From Candidatus Omnitrophota bacterium (GTDB lineage Bacteria > Omnitrophota > Gorgyraeia > Duberdicusellales > 4484-171): a stretch of 64,000 nucleotides of DNA. Location: the NCBI GenBank assembly GCA_016935525.1, contig JAFGQU010000012.1, positions 1,248 through 65,247 on the forward strand. Reading direction: 5' to 3'. The notes under the pieces were generated by a model. That model saw only the letters and a list, made by a program, of their open reading frames with translations. It had not been told where the DNA came from and ran no database searches. The position numbers were made by a program, and so were the translations under genes. Below are positions 46,701 through 57,196 of the stretch, piece by piece (the first letter of the stretch is position 1; every line of letters begins with the position of its first letter).

Positions 46701-47762
46701 CATTTCTGCGGTAACAGGATTATATCTGCCTACAGGGATAGCGGGACTGTTCTGATCGTGCGGAAATACCGTTACGAGTTCGCCGGCATTCAATGCATCT
46801 TCATCGTCATTCATGGTCTGTGATTCAGGGTTATAAGAATAACTGGTGGTATCGTTGTCTATTGTGGTAAAAGCGTCTATGGGTAGAGGGTATGCTTCCA
46901 TTACAGAATTATCGATCTCGAATCCGTAATCGGGAAAAAACTGGTCGAGTTCATCGACTTGTGTTTGCCATTCGGGAACGGCTGCGATTGCGTCATTAAT
47001 CGGTACTAATACACTTTCGCCGTCTTCGGTCTGACCCATGACGAATTGTTCTTGTGATTCGCTATCGGTTACGACCATAGGAGTAAATGTTACTTCGGCT
47101 GTTCTTGGAGCGCCGAATCCTGTACCACCGTAGATCTGATCAATTTGGCCGTTATCTAAAGTGTAGAGAGAAGAAGAATCTATAGTGACCGATTGTGTTT
47201 CCTGATTTGTTGTCGGGTCAGTCAAAAAGTCTATTATTTCCTGATCGTAACTTTCATCAACACAGTATTCAGAAGAAATTGTCTGAGGGCCGAAAGGAGA
47301 ATCAGTTCCGTTGTCGTTTAAAAAGATGGTAGTAATACCAGTAATATTCACCATGTCGGGAGTAAGAGTAAATGAGGGAGCAGTATTAGTTATTTGAGGT
47401 AATACAATCTCAATCATATAAGAAGTTTCTACCTGTCCTACAAAAGGCGGTGCTGCAGGAGGAAGATCTTGAGGATCGTCTGAGGGGGAAGGTTGAGATG
47501 CCGGCTGTAAATTAACTTCACCGGTTTGAGCTTGTTCCTGGGGACTGAACGTATAGGGGGTGTCGTACCAATAATAAGTGATTTCTTCCGGGAATACTTC
47601 TTCAGGGGTCGGAGGAGGAAGCGTCCAATCATCGGCGCTGCCGGCGTCTCCGGGCATCGTCGTATCCGGGTCCTCCCACGGTATATAAGAATATGCTGCC
47701 ATCGGGGAAAGAATGAGCCCGATAATGATCAAAATCGATACTATGGAAGACTTGTATTTCAT
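43779..47762 (-). CDS. very large acidic secreted protein with hydrophobic helical region and putative C-terminal clan-CD cysteine protease domain
   Basis: SD AAGGAGG, signal peptide MKYKSSIVSILIIIG..AAYS, D/E/P-rich, IVAHG...TCANC...VTGPNG. Confidence 0.7.
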   Translation of the reverse strand: MKYKSSIVSILIIIGLILSPMAAYSYIPWEDPDTTMPGDAGSADDWTLPPPTPEEVFPEEITYYWYDTPYTFSPQEQAQTGEVNLQPASQPSPSDDPQDLPPAAPPFVGQVETSYMIEIVLPQITNTAPSFTLTPDMVNITGITTIFLNDNGTDSPFGPQTISSEYCVDESYDQEIIDFLTDPTTNQETQSVTIDSSSLYTLDNGQIDQIYGGTGFGAPRTAEVTFTPMVVTDSESQEQFVMGQTEDGESVLVPINDAIAAVPEWQTQVDELDQFFPDYGFEIDNSVMEAYPLPIDAFTTIDNDTTSYSYNPESQTMNDDEDALNAGELVTVFPHDQNSPAIPVGRYNPVTAEMELHFIQSSPDLDMDVPASDFPSQPYVFDQEPDIEIFYEGAADWWQLWGLDEAGVDSNMDDAWLAGSMGEEWEPEQNPTEVNFFTIDLNGSEPVAWGEYVDPYDGTTHTGLIEISWSDVETGINDGTISANIVMGMTTAVEDGIIDVDLEETGPGLTAHPGTIYDPLEGFANGIIDETSTVSAYDPESGVALILTDNVHGNTIAGIMKNADDVFVNDYLPDEFVAGVGTFDYSFTGGNEDVQITTMGQNDTIQTQTVNADNFSSLFIRPGEAMVGVVTAEDGTQHIGTLAINPDINIDNITVSEWFDAETVNTYMANEVFPAIAAQVSSDVLDDQLFEEMSNYINQNSSDIDLAIMLTLDPGAVMNSLNMMDDIINAIPDEYRDDPQYEHLASGALPYPEHIKGCFQFAMGGFGDGTTTERAIAFLDGIVSFIPGGIGYLADEIGLDFLHGGIFDHGAVVHLADLASRPGSDPMDMFFGTINAIGGAAVTGVVIKGAIEAGVAVGGEILSPVLAGEITLGELPLWCSTYIASSINVATTGFFEISAVQAAMQNPISRRAILGALTIADLYGAYQGAQSGDLTQIAFAELGPGLEAWFLSVNGIPLDLPDGYGEPVISMDDLSRFADDFIPSMNHFNRVDYAATTLSGSNNKVDLALVAKIVNADAFEGRYVDRVFVIADITDPEVVLSAAHMAAVGRDPVITLEMLPAFLEAHPEVQNPWIVAHGINQQSMGKSIFSMITGKPTTGSAEYVRIVTTDGIFDVNAAEYAQILDYHGVTPDMNVTCANCWFAFDEGNGSMIDDFSLYFPNVTGPNGRFRVRIGGDNGFMPPGWEGPNLPLDHFIFVDYTPDGEPAMIFMGEGWNNWPDNGINPINITSGPPDGDDITSLGLFRKYDDQEPVDWIVEGGYTTDNFQRAMYDVDQTIDLSGLTEWHREEIRINVESFLNWANNTNAYVPPGPFSDARSILAKLDELGY

Positions 47763-48160
47763 AGTATCCTCCTTTCTTGTATTTGTCTTTTTTGGGTAGA
47801 CGACTCCCGTCAATAGATAGAACTTTTTTTATCTACTTGACTGTTTTGCCAGATTGTCGGTCCATTGTTCCGTAGCTTTGAAAATCCCGTGACTGGTAAC
47901 CTTTCATATATACCACATAGGGCCTTTAAATTTCAAGGGAAAACAGCAAGGTATTGTTTTTAGAATAGAGGTGAGTAAAAACGAAGGCTAATGTTACAAA
48001 TGAGGACAGACCTTTTTTGTAACATTAGGGGAGGGGCTTCTAACAAACCCGCATTGTTAATCGGTTATAAATTTACGTCACAAAGTGTCACATAGCCACA
48101 CATCTGCCTGCGGCAAGTCACATAGTCACCCCGTGAGCTTCGCAACGGGGCAAGCACGAC

Positions 48161-48238
48161 ACACGTTGCCCTTCGCGCTCGCGCAGATGGGCACAGATTG
48201 AGAAGACCACAGATGATCGCAGACATCCTCGTATCCCC
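48161..48238 (+). repeat. 78-bp dispersed repeat (other copy 32937-33014) within a GTCACA tract
   Basis: 73/78 identical by eye. Confidence 0.85.
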
Positions 48239-48292
48239 GGCACCCTATCATTGTTCGACACACGTCGAAAAATTCCAATATAAAACCTTATC

Positions 48293-48357
48293 CACCTCGT
48301 AGGTGGAATACGAGTCATAACGCTTGTCTTGACGGAATCCCCAGTTCACGATAAACT
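48293..48357 (+). promoter_or_regulatory. tRNA-Ser(TGA) promoter with upstream palindrome
   Basis: CACCTCGTAGGTG, 23 bp, TTGACG, 17 bp, TAAACT. Confidence 0.65.
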
Positions 48358-48432
48358 TTATCAATCGTCGTTAATCATTAGTCGATAGTATTTACATACA
48401 ATTAGAATACTATACGCTAAACGCTATTTATT

Positions 48433-48519
48433 GGAGAGGTGGCAGAGCCTGGTTGATCGCGGCGGTCTTGAAAACCGTTGTGGGGAAACCCACCGGGGGT
48501 TCGAATCCCTCCCTCTCCG
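48433..48519 (+). tRNA. tRNA-Ser (TGA), CCA not encoded
   Basis: GGAGAGG...CCTCTCC-G; GCGGT-CTTGAAA-ACCGT; long variable arm. Confidence 0.95.
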
Positions 48520-48700
48520 TTGAAAAAATGCCCGTCCTTGAAAGAGGACGGGTTTTTGTTTTTAATGGGAGGTGATTTAAACTTCCTTGGAACGAAGTGA
48601 GCCGTGAATCCCGTTTCTTCCTCCCTCTCCGTTGGAAACAAGAAACCCGTTCCAAAAGGAGCGGGTTTCTTGTTCTCAAGAGGGAGAGGATTTTAACTTC
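48508..48700 (+). repeat. tandem duplication of tRNA-Ser 3' end plus terminator
   Basis: CCTCCCTCTCCGTTG at 48508 and 48620, each followed by a CCCGT..CGGGTTT hairpin and GGGAG..GATTT.AACTTC. Confidence 0.75.
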
Positions 48701-48862
48701 ATTTAATATTATGATAAAAGATGTCTTATTCTGAAATTTTTAAAAAACAACTTTTGTGTAATGAGCCGATCCTTCCGGTCCAGTGATAAAAGCCTCATTT
48801 GAAAAACATCCAAACTATGCTAAAATCAATTATATTAATATACATATAGCATAAAGAAAAAA

Positions 48863-50422
48863 ATGGACACTCCCGACCCACTAAATCAGCGTAAAGAGGA
48901 TTTTTTACGCATCGTTTCCCACCAGTTGCGTACCCCGCTCACTTCTTTGCGGGAGGGGGTTTCCCAGATATTAGAAGGTATTCATGGGGATGTGAACGAG
49001 ACCCAACGTCAGTTTCTTACCCTTTGTATGCAGGATGTCGACCGGTTGACTACGGTTGTGGAAAACCTCCTGGATATTTCAACGATTGTCCGCGGCCAAC
49101 TCATGCTGAAGAGGGAGAAAACAGATATACACGCGATCATTCAAAACGTTATTTCCGGATTCCGTGAACAGGCAAAAGCCAAAGGGATCGCCATTCATTG
49201 TCGGGGAGTGGATACCCCGCTCTATGCCTATGCTGATCGGGAACGGATTATCCAGGTATTCAATAAACTTACCGAAAACGCCGTCGAATTTACCCGTCAA
49301 GGCGAAATATCTATTATGGTAACAGAGAAGCCTTATGTGATTGAATGTGTGGTACGTGATACCGGAGAAGGTATTCCCAGGGAATACCAAGAAAAAGTTT
49401 TTGAGACATTCGAGCAGATGGTATTGCATCCTCTGCCGCGTAAAAAGAATGTGGGATTGGGGCTTGCGGTTGCCAAAGGGATCATTGAAGCCCATGACGG
49501 GGATATCTGGATCGATAGTGCTCTTGGTGAAGGGACTGCGGTCACATTCCTGTTACCGAAGTATGATGTATCGGTCATATTAGAAAAATGTGTCAGTGAC
49601 GAGCTTGATATGGGGTTTAAAACTGCGCTCATACTTTTTTCATTCACCCCTGTTGGGGATAACCTGCCGGATACTCCGGTCCTTTCTTCGATCGTCGACC
49701 GGTTAAGGAATTGTATCCGTCAGACGTCAGATACGATCGTGCGCGGTACGGATTCGGTCTTTACAGTGTTACATTCGGTCGAAAAAGAGACCGCAGGGGT
49801 GATCGCCGCGCGTCTTAAAACCGAGATCGAATCGATATTGTCGAAATCAGGTGTATCCGATAGAATGAGTTTTACTATCCGGGAGTTCCATTTCCCTCAG
49901 GACGGCAAGACGTTCGGGGAGTTGCCCGGTGTGTTTATAACCCATATCGATAAAAAAGAGACCATTGATGAAGGAGGCGTAAAGATGGAAAACGATAAAA
50001 AAAAGATATTAGTAGTCGACGATGAAGAAAACGTTTCGATCATGACTACTTCACGTTTGAGATCGAGCGGATTCGATGTGGTAAGCGCGCCGAACGGACA
50101 CGAGGGGTTACGTATGGCGCAACGGGAGAATCCCGACCTGATCCTGCTTGACGTGGTGATGCCGGACATGGACGGATACAAAGTGCTCGCGAAATTAAAA
50201 GACAGTTTCCGTACAAAACAGATACCGGTGATCATGTTCACTGCGGAGAACCGTATCGGCGATGTGACGAATGCTATTGAGATGGGCGCCGAAGACTATA
50301 TTATCAAACCGTTTACGACCGAAGTATTGATGGAAAAGATCCAGCGGGTATTACATAAAGTAGAGATGAGAAAACAAAAAGAGCGGGAAGACCGGGAAAA
50401 ACGACAACAGGAAGGCCGATAG
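48863..50422 (+). CDS. sensor-less hybrid histidine kinase (HisKA-HATPase, degenerate GGDEF-like, REC)
   Basis: SHQLRTPL, DTGEGI, GLGLA, G.GT; KILVVDD, LLDVVMP, KPF. Confidence 0.85.
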   Translation: MDTPDPLNQRKEDFLRIVSHQLRTPLTSLREGVSQILEGIHGDVNETQRQFLTLCMQDVDRLTTVVENLLDISTIVRGQLMLKREKTDIHAIIQNVISGFREQAKAKGIAIHCRGVDTPLYAYADRERIIQVFNKLTENAVEFTRQGEISIMVTEKPYVIECVVRDTGEGIPREYQEKVFETFEQMVLHPLPRKKNVGLGLAVAKGIIEAHDGDIWIDSALGEGTAVTFLLPKYDVSVILEKCVSDELDMGFKTALILFSFTPVGDNLPDTPVLSSIVDRLRNCIRQTSDTIVRGTDSVFTVLHSVEKETAGVIAARLKTEIESILSKSGVSDRMSFTIREFHFPQDGKTFGELPGVFITHIDKKETIDEGGVKMENDKKKILVVDDEENVSIMTTSRLRSSGFDVVSAPNGHEGLRMAQRENPDLILLDVVMPDMDGYKVLAKLKDSFRTKQIPVIMFTAENRIGDVTNAIEMGAEDYIIKPFTTEVLMEKIQRVLHKVEMRKQKEREDREKRQQEGR

Positions 50423-50476
50423 TATTTTGAAGTGCCTTGCGTTATCAGGAAATATACCGCTACACGGAGAACCGTT

Positions 50477-51442
50477 ATGATATCGTTACATCTGCGGATG
50501 ATGGTAATGTTGACCATATTGTTTGCGATCGTCTATGCGATCGTCGTTATGGTCGGGGCGGCCGCAGGGGTTACTGAATTCAGTTTTTATTTTATCTTCG
50601 CGGTAGGGTTGATGGCCATCCAATACCTGATCGGCCCTAAAATGGTCGAATGGTCGATGCGGGTAAAATATGTCGGCCGGAACGAACAGCCGAAACTGTA
50701 TGAAATGGTCGAAGATCTGAGCGCCCGGGCCGGTATCCCTATGCCTAAGATAGGGATCTCTCAGATAAATATCCCTAACGCGTTCGCTTTTGGCCGTAGC
50801 ATTAAAGACGGACGGGTATGTGTCACTGAAAGGATCGTCCAGCTCTTGGATGATAATGAATTGAAAGCGGTCTTAGGGCACGAATTGAGCCATATTAAAA
50901 ACCGAGATATGCTTACCATCACGTTATTATCGATCATACCGATAATCATGTACCGGCTTGCCTGGCATTTCCTCTTTTTCGGCCGTCGGCGCAGCCGGGA
51001 CAATCAGAATACGGTATTGATCGGCGTGGCCGCGTTACTGTTCTATTTTATTACTAATCTGCTCGTCCTTTATGCCTCGCGTATCCGGGAATATTTCGCT
51101 GACCGCGGATCGATCGCGTTAGGTAACCGTCCGGAATTTCTTGCTTCGGCATTATATAAACTCGTGTACGGTTCGGCACGTATAGATAAACAATCGATAA
51201 AAGAGTCGGAAGGATTTAAGGCGTTTTTTTTAAACGATCCGTCACGGGCATTGAAAGAGATAAAAGAATTAAGTCAAATAGATATAGATAAAAGCGGCAC
51301 GATCGATTCAACCGAACTTGCGGCACTACGTACCCGGTCCATCCAGCTTGCGTTTGGCGATCGGATGATGGAAACGTTAAGTACTCATCCCAATATGCTC
51401 AAAAGGATACAACAGCTTTCGCAATACCGGATTGCGGGCTGA
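50477..51442 (+). CDS. htpX: zinc metalloprotease HtpX
   Basis: PNAFAFG, GHELSHIKNRD, SRIREYFADRG, STHP..KRI. Confidence 0.9.
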   Translation: MISLHLRMMVMLTILFAIVYAIVVMVGAAAGVTEFSFYFIFAVGLMAIQYLIGPKMVEWSMRVKYVGRNEQPKLYEMVEDLSARAGIPMPKIGISQINIPNAFAFGRSIKDGRVCVTERIVQLLDDNELKAVLGHELSHIKNRDMLTITLLSIIPIIMYRLAWHFLFFGRRRSRDNQNTVLIGVAALLFYFITNLLVLYASRIREYFADRGSIALGNRPEFLASALYKLVYGSARIDKQSIKESEGFKAFFLNDPSRALKEIKELSQIDIDKSGTIDSTELAALRTRSIQLAFGDRMMETLSTHPNMLKRIQQLSQYRIAG

Positions 51443-51533
51443 TAAGGATAATAGTTATTTGTTTTTTAGGCATGTCGGCGGTTATGAGTGTGCATACACC
51501 GCATATACTCTGGAAAGAAAGGGGGGAGGAAGA

Positions 51534-52247
51534 ATGAACCTGCATAAAGTGAAGACCGATGTAGAGGTGCCGCCGATTGATCGGATGGTGCCGCAGCATC
51601 TGGAGGTGGCGACGTTTGCGTTGGGCTGTTTCTGGTCACCGGAGGCGATGTTTGGAAGTATTGAGGGGGTGGTCCGTACCCGGGTAGGATATTCCGGCGG
51701 GGTGATCACTGACCCGACGTATCATAATCTAGGGAACCATAGCGAGACTTTACAGATCGAATATGACCCGGAGAAGATCACGTTTAAACAGTTACTCGCT
51801 ATTTTCTGGAAACATCACGATCCGGCAAAAGAACCGTGGAGTCAGCAGTATAAACCGATTATTTTCTTTCATAACGAATTACAGCAGGAATTAGCCGGGG
51901 CGAGTAAACAGGCGAAAGAAAGACAATTGAATACGACCGTATATACCGAAATCCTTCCTTTCAAGAAATTTTATTTAGCCGAAGACTATCATCAGAAATA
52001 CCGTCTGCGTCATGAACCGGATCTCATGCGGGGGTTTACTCTTATCTATCCCGATATGAAGGATTTTGTGAATTCTACGGCCGCCTCACGGATCAATGGT
52101 TATCTTTCCGGATACGGTACGCTCGCGGAGTTAGAAGCGGAAATCAGCCAGTTCGGCCTTTCTGACGAACATAAGAAAAGATTGCTTTCTATTGTGAAGG
52201 ATTTGGAAACACAGGGCCAGACCAGAAAAAAATATTGTCCGTTCTGA
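51534..52247 (+). CDS. msrA: peptide-methionine (S)-S-oxide reductase
   Basis: GCFW, TRVGYSGG, H.E, FYLAEDYHQKY; SD GGAGGA. Confidence 0.93.
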   Translation: MNLHKVKTDVEVPPIDRMVPQHLEVATFALGCFWSPEAMFGSIEGVVRTRVGYSGGVITDPTYHNLGNHSETLQIEYDPEKITFKQLLAIFWKHHDPAKEPWSQQYKPIIFFHNELQQELAGASKQAKERQLNTTVYTEILPFKKFYLAEDYHQKYRLRHEPDLMRGFTLIYPDMKDFVNSTAASRINGYLSGYGTLAELEAEISQFGLSDEHKKRLLSIVKDLETQGQTRKKYCPF

Positions 52248-52280
52248 CGACGGAACCCGTGAATTTTAGAAGATACAGCC

Positions 52281-52985
52281 ATGAGATCAGGAAAATATCT
52301 AAGGCGGTTCCTTATCGGGGCCGTGGTATCAATACATATTTTTTCGGCATGGGGACAAACCGAAATCGCCGGGTTTGATGCGGATTGGATAAATCCCGCT
52401 GTGGATCTATACCGGTACGACGAACTTTTTATTAATATTGTCGATCTGCGCGATATCAACGTAAACGTCATCGATGAAAACGGTACGACGGTAGCCGAAG
52501 ATATCGACGAGGATACCGTCGAGCAGATGGGTTACCTGGTGTTTTCCCGGTTTGCCGACGGATTAGACCAAATCATTCCTGTGAACCGCGATGATGTCGA
52601 TACGAAACTATCGACCACAAAACCGTCGTTGGTGGTTAATCTCAAGATTTCCAGTGATTTTTCCGTAGAAAGACAACAGGCGTTAACGCGGATGCTTTCA
52701 GAGTTTTCCGGGGAGACCGCTCAAAATCCCCCCGGTACGCTTTTATTCGAATGCCGGATTTTTGACCTTGAAACCGGCGAGGAGATCGCCAGCCTCACCG
52801 AGAGGCAAGGATTTACCTGTGATGACCCCAGTTATCCGTTTTCTTCTCCTGACGACATCCGCCGGTTTGGGGAACTGGTGAATACCTGGGCCAAGGAAAC
52901 CTCAGCCATTCTCGCTGCCCAAAAAGAGAAACAAGAGCATTCGGCGGGTTATGAGTCGTTGCTCGATGATTTTTCTTCGAAATAA
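52281..52985 (+). CDS. hypothetical exported acidic protein
   Basis: signal-like N-terminus ending AWG, long ORF on the gene-dense strand. Confidence 0.55.
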   Translation: MRSGKYLRRFLIGAVVSIHIFSAWGQTEIAGFDADWINPAVDLYRYDELFINIVDLRDINVNVIDENGTTVAEDIDEDTVEQMGYLVFSRFADGLDQIIPVNRDDVDTKLSTTKPSLVVNLKISSDFSVERQQALTRMLSEFSGETAQNPPGTLLFECRIFDLETGEEIASLTERQGFTCDDPSYPFSSPDDIRRFGELVNTWAKETSAILAAQKEKQEHSAGYESLLDDFSSK

Positions 52986-53058
52986 ACCTTTAGAGCGTAC
53001 ATTTTTATTGTAGTTTCTCCTTTGATTAAATTTTTTCTTGCAAAAAACAAAAGGAAGA

Positions 53059-53090
53059 GTATAATCCCTACTAATACTATCAGGTTAGTA
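53059..53090 (+). promoter_or_regulatory. probable Rrf2 operator overlapping the promoter
   Basis: TTGCAA..TATAAT followed by AATCCCTACTAATACTATCAGGTT, resembling IscR/CymR-type sites. Confidence 0.45.
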
Positions 53091-53105
53091 GTAAAAGGAG
53101 TAATT

Positions 53106-53546
53106 ATGAAGATTTCAACAAGAACTCGCTATGGCGCACGGTTAATGGTGGTGTTAGGTCTGCATTACGGAAAAGCTCCGGTATATTTGAAAAATATCGC
53201 TAAGGAAGAAAACATTTCCGAAAAATATCTTACTCAGATCATTATCCCTTTAAAAAGCGCCGGATTGATAAATTCGTTTCGCGGAGCACACGGTGGATAT
53301 GTATTGGCTCGCCATCCCGACAGTATCTCTTTTAAGGAGATCGTCGAAACTTTAGAAGGCGGGCTGAATATCGTCGAGTGCGTTTCATCACCCGATGAGT
53401 GCAGGCGGATTTCCCGTTGTGTCACTCGTGACCTGTGGTGTAATCTGGGAGAAGTGATTTCCGAGACACTCCAGGATACCACGGTAGGTGATCTCGCGAA
53501 ACGATGTCGTGAGAAAAAAGAAAAAGCGGTTATGTATACGATCTGA
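53106..53546 (+). CDS. Rrf2 family regulator (IscR/CymR-like, three Cys)
   Basis: MKISTRTRYG, IS.KYL.QI, S.RG..GGY.LA, C-x6-C-x5-C. Confidence 0.92.
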   Translation: MKISTRTRYGARLMVVLGLHYGKAPVYLKNIAKEENISEKYLTQIIIPLKSAGLINSFRGAHGGYVLARHPDSISFKEIVETLEGGLNIVECVSSPDECRRISRCVTRDLWCNLGEVISETLQDTTVGDLAKRCREKKEKAVMYTI

Positions 53547-53560
53547 AATAAAAATATTAA

Positions 53561-54874
<1,314 letters not shown>

Positions 54875-54912
54875 TTTATTAATGATAAATTCGAAACAAG
54901 GAATAGGTTTTT

Positions 54913-55010
54913 GAAATACAGTTGAAATACGATGGAAATGCATAGAAATACGATTGTATTTCTATGTATTTCGCGAAACGAAGTAGAGCGTATTTCTATT
55001 GTATTTCAAT
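54913..55010. repeat. GAAATAC / GTATTTC inverted 10-11 bp period tracts
   Basis: gaaatacagttgaaatacgatggaaatgcatagaaatac...gtatttctatgtatttc...gtatttctattgtatttc. Confidence 0.75.
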
Positions 55011-55033
55011 TATTTTAAAAAAGGAATAGAATT

Positions 55034-55966
55034 ATGGGGAACATATACAGTGATATTACAAAAACCGTAGGGAATACTCCTTTAGTAAGGATAAACCGGC
55101 TCACCGAAGGGATGGAAGCGACAATACTTGCTAAATTGGAATTTTTTAACCCGCTTTCCAGCGTCAAAGACCGTATCGGCGTGGCGATGATCGAAGAAGC
55201 CGAACAGCGGGGATTGATCCATAAAGATTCGGTCATTATCGAACCGACCAGCGGTAATACCGGTATCGCCCTGGCATTTGTCTGCGCGGCGAAAGGGTAT
55301 CAGTTGATCCTTACTATGCCCGATACGATGAGTGAGGAACGCAGAAAACTTCTGGAAATCTTAGGGGCGCATGTGGTATTGACTGAGGGAGCTAAAGGGA
55401 TGGCCGGAGCGGTCAGGCGTGCTGAAGAAATCGCTTCGGGAACATCATACAGTTTTATCCCCCAACAGTTCGTGAATAAAGCGAACCCGCGTATTCACCG
55501 TGAGACGACTGCCGAGGAGATATGGAACGATACCGGCGGTAAGGTCGATGTATTTATTTCCGGTGTCGGGACCGGCGGTACGATTACGGGGGTAGGTGAG
55601 GTATTGAAAAAACGCAATCCCAACGTAAAGATAGTTGCGGTAGAACCGGCTGATTCCGCGGTGCTTTCTGGAGGGAAACCCGGCCCACATAAAATCCAGG
55701 GAATCGGCGCAGGATTTATTCCAAATGTGCTAAATCGTGATATAATTGATGAAATAATCACGGTAGGGCATGAAGATGCCGGAAAAATCGCCCGGCGGCT
55801 TGCGAAAGAAGAAGGGATTTTTGTGGGTATTTCCAGCGGCGCGATCATGTGGGCGGCACTGGAAATTGCCAAGCGTCCCGAATTGAAAGGAAAAACGATT
55901 GTCGCGGTCCAGTGTGATACCGGTGAACGGTACCTGTCGACGTGGTTGTTTGATGATGTAGATTAA
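55034..55966 (+). CDS. cysK: cysteine synthase A
   Basis: [40 protein letters not shown]. Confidence 0.95.
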   Translation: MGNIYSDITKTVGNTPLVRINRLTEGMEATILAKLEFFNPLSSVKDRIGVAMIEEAEQRGLIHKDSVIIEPTSGNTGIALAFVCAAKGYQLILTMPDTMSEERRKLLEILGAHVVLTEGAKGMAGAVRRAEEIASGTSYSFIPQQFVNKANPRIHRETTAEEIWNDTGGKVDVFISGVGTGGTITGVGEVLKKRNPNVKIVAVEPADSAVLSGGKPGPHKIQGIGAGFIPNVLNRDIIDEIITVGHEDAGKIARRLAKEEGIFVGISSGAIMWAALEIAKRPELKGKTIVAVQCDTGERYLSTWLFDDVD

Positions 55967-56058
55967 ACCCGTGCCCGCGTTTCCCGCCATAGGCGGGATT
56001 CCCGTCCGCCCGTTAAAAAATAACGGGTCAACAGGATAACGGGTAAACGGGAGAACAG
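55966..56058. repeat. octamer inverted pair (CCCGT / AACGGG family)
   Basis: cccgtgcccgcgtttcccg..cccgtccgcccgtt...aacgggtcaacaggataacgggtaaacgggagaac. Confidence 0.7.
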
Positions 56059-56068
56059 ATACATCCAT

Positions 56069-57196
56069 ATGAATGAGGATAGTGTAGGAATAGTAGAGAC
56101 AAAATATTTTACTTTTGCCGAAGGATCTCGGAAGTTGTTGTTGGAGTCGGGCGAGAAGTTCGGTCCGATCACGTTAGCATACGAGACGTACGGCCAGTTG
56201 AATGAAAAAAAAGATAATGCCGTATTGATCGTACATGCCCTTTCCGGCGACGCTCATGTCGCAGGGTATCATCAAGGTGATGAAAAACCGGGATGGTGGG
56301 ATGATATGATCGGGCCGCATAAAGCGTTTGACACTACAAAGTATTTTGTGATCTGTTCGAATGTGATCGGAGGATGTAAAGGAAGTACCGGCCCTTCGAC
56401 GGTAAATCCCGTAACCGGCAAGCCTTACGGACTCAGTTTTCCGATGATCACCATTGCCGATATGGTCAACGCCCAGAAAGAATTGATCGATCATCTCGGT
56501 ATTAAAAAGTTGCTCACTGTCGCCGGCGGGTCGATGGGCGGGATGCAGGTATTACAATGGGTCGCGTCTTACCCGGACATGATCCATTCGGCGATCCCTA
56601 TAGCGACTGTACTTAAACATTCGCCGCAACAGATCGCGTTCAGTGAAGTCGGACGCCAGGCGATCATGGCTGATCCGGACTGGGGCAACGGAGACTATTA
56701 CGATCACGCTCAGCCTGAACGGGGGTTGGCAGTTGCGCGGATGATCGGGCATATTACCTATATGAGTGACCAGTCGATGGAAAATAAATTTTCGCGTAAA
56801 CTGAAAGATAAAAACTACAGCTTCAGTTTTTCTACCGATTTCGAAGTTGAAGGCTATCTGCGGTATCGGGGCGATAGTTTTGTGAAACGGTTTGACGCGA
56901 ATTCTTATCTGTATATTACCAAAGCCATGGATTATTTTGATCTTTCCGAAGGGAAACTGTTCCCCGACGGCAAAACCGTCGATGCCCGGTTCCTTGTCGT
57001 CGCGTTTCGTTCGGACTGGCTTTATCCGGCATACCAGTGTAAAGAGATCGCCCGGCAGCTTAAGATGCGTCATTGTGACGTGACGTATTGCGTGGTGAAT
57101 TCGACCTACGGGCATGATGCTTTTTTACTTGAGATCGAAGAAGAGACGCATTTAGTGAAACATTTCTTAGCGACTACCTATAAACGGATACAATAG
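56069..57196 (+). CDS. metX: homoserine O-acetyltransferase
   Basis: [38 protein letters not shown]. Confidence 0.95.
   Translation: MNEDSVGIVETKYFTFAEGSRKLLLESGEKFGPITLAYETYGQLNEKKDNAVLIVHALSGDAHVAGYHQGDEKPGWWDDMIGPHKAFDTTKYFVICSNVIGGCKGSTGPSTVNPVTGKPYGLSFPMITIADMVNAQKELIDHLGIKKLLTVAGGSMGGMQVLQWVASYPDMIHSAIPIATVLKHSPQQIAFSEVGRQAIMADPDWGNGDYYDHAQPERGLAVARMIGHITYMSDQSMENKFSRKLKDKNYSFSFSTDFEVEGYLRYRGDSFVKRFDANSYLYITKAMDYFDLSEGKLFPDGKTVDARFLVVAFRSDWLYPAYQCKEIARQLKMRHCDVTYCVVNSTYGHDAFLLEIEEETHLVKHFLATTYKRIQ

Noticed and set aside
51534-52247. Selenocysteine MsrA
   Set aside because: The active site is encoded by TGT (GCFW) with no in-frame TGA.
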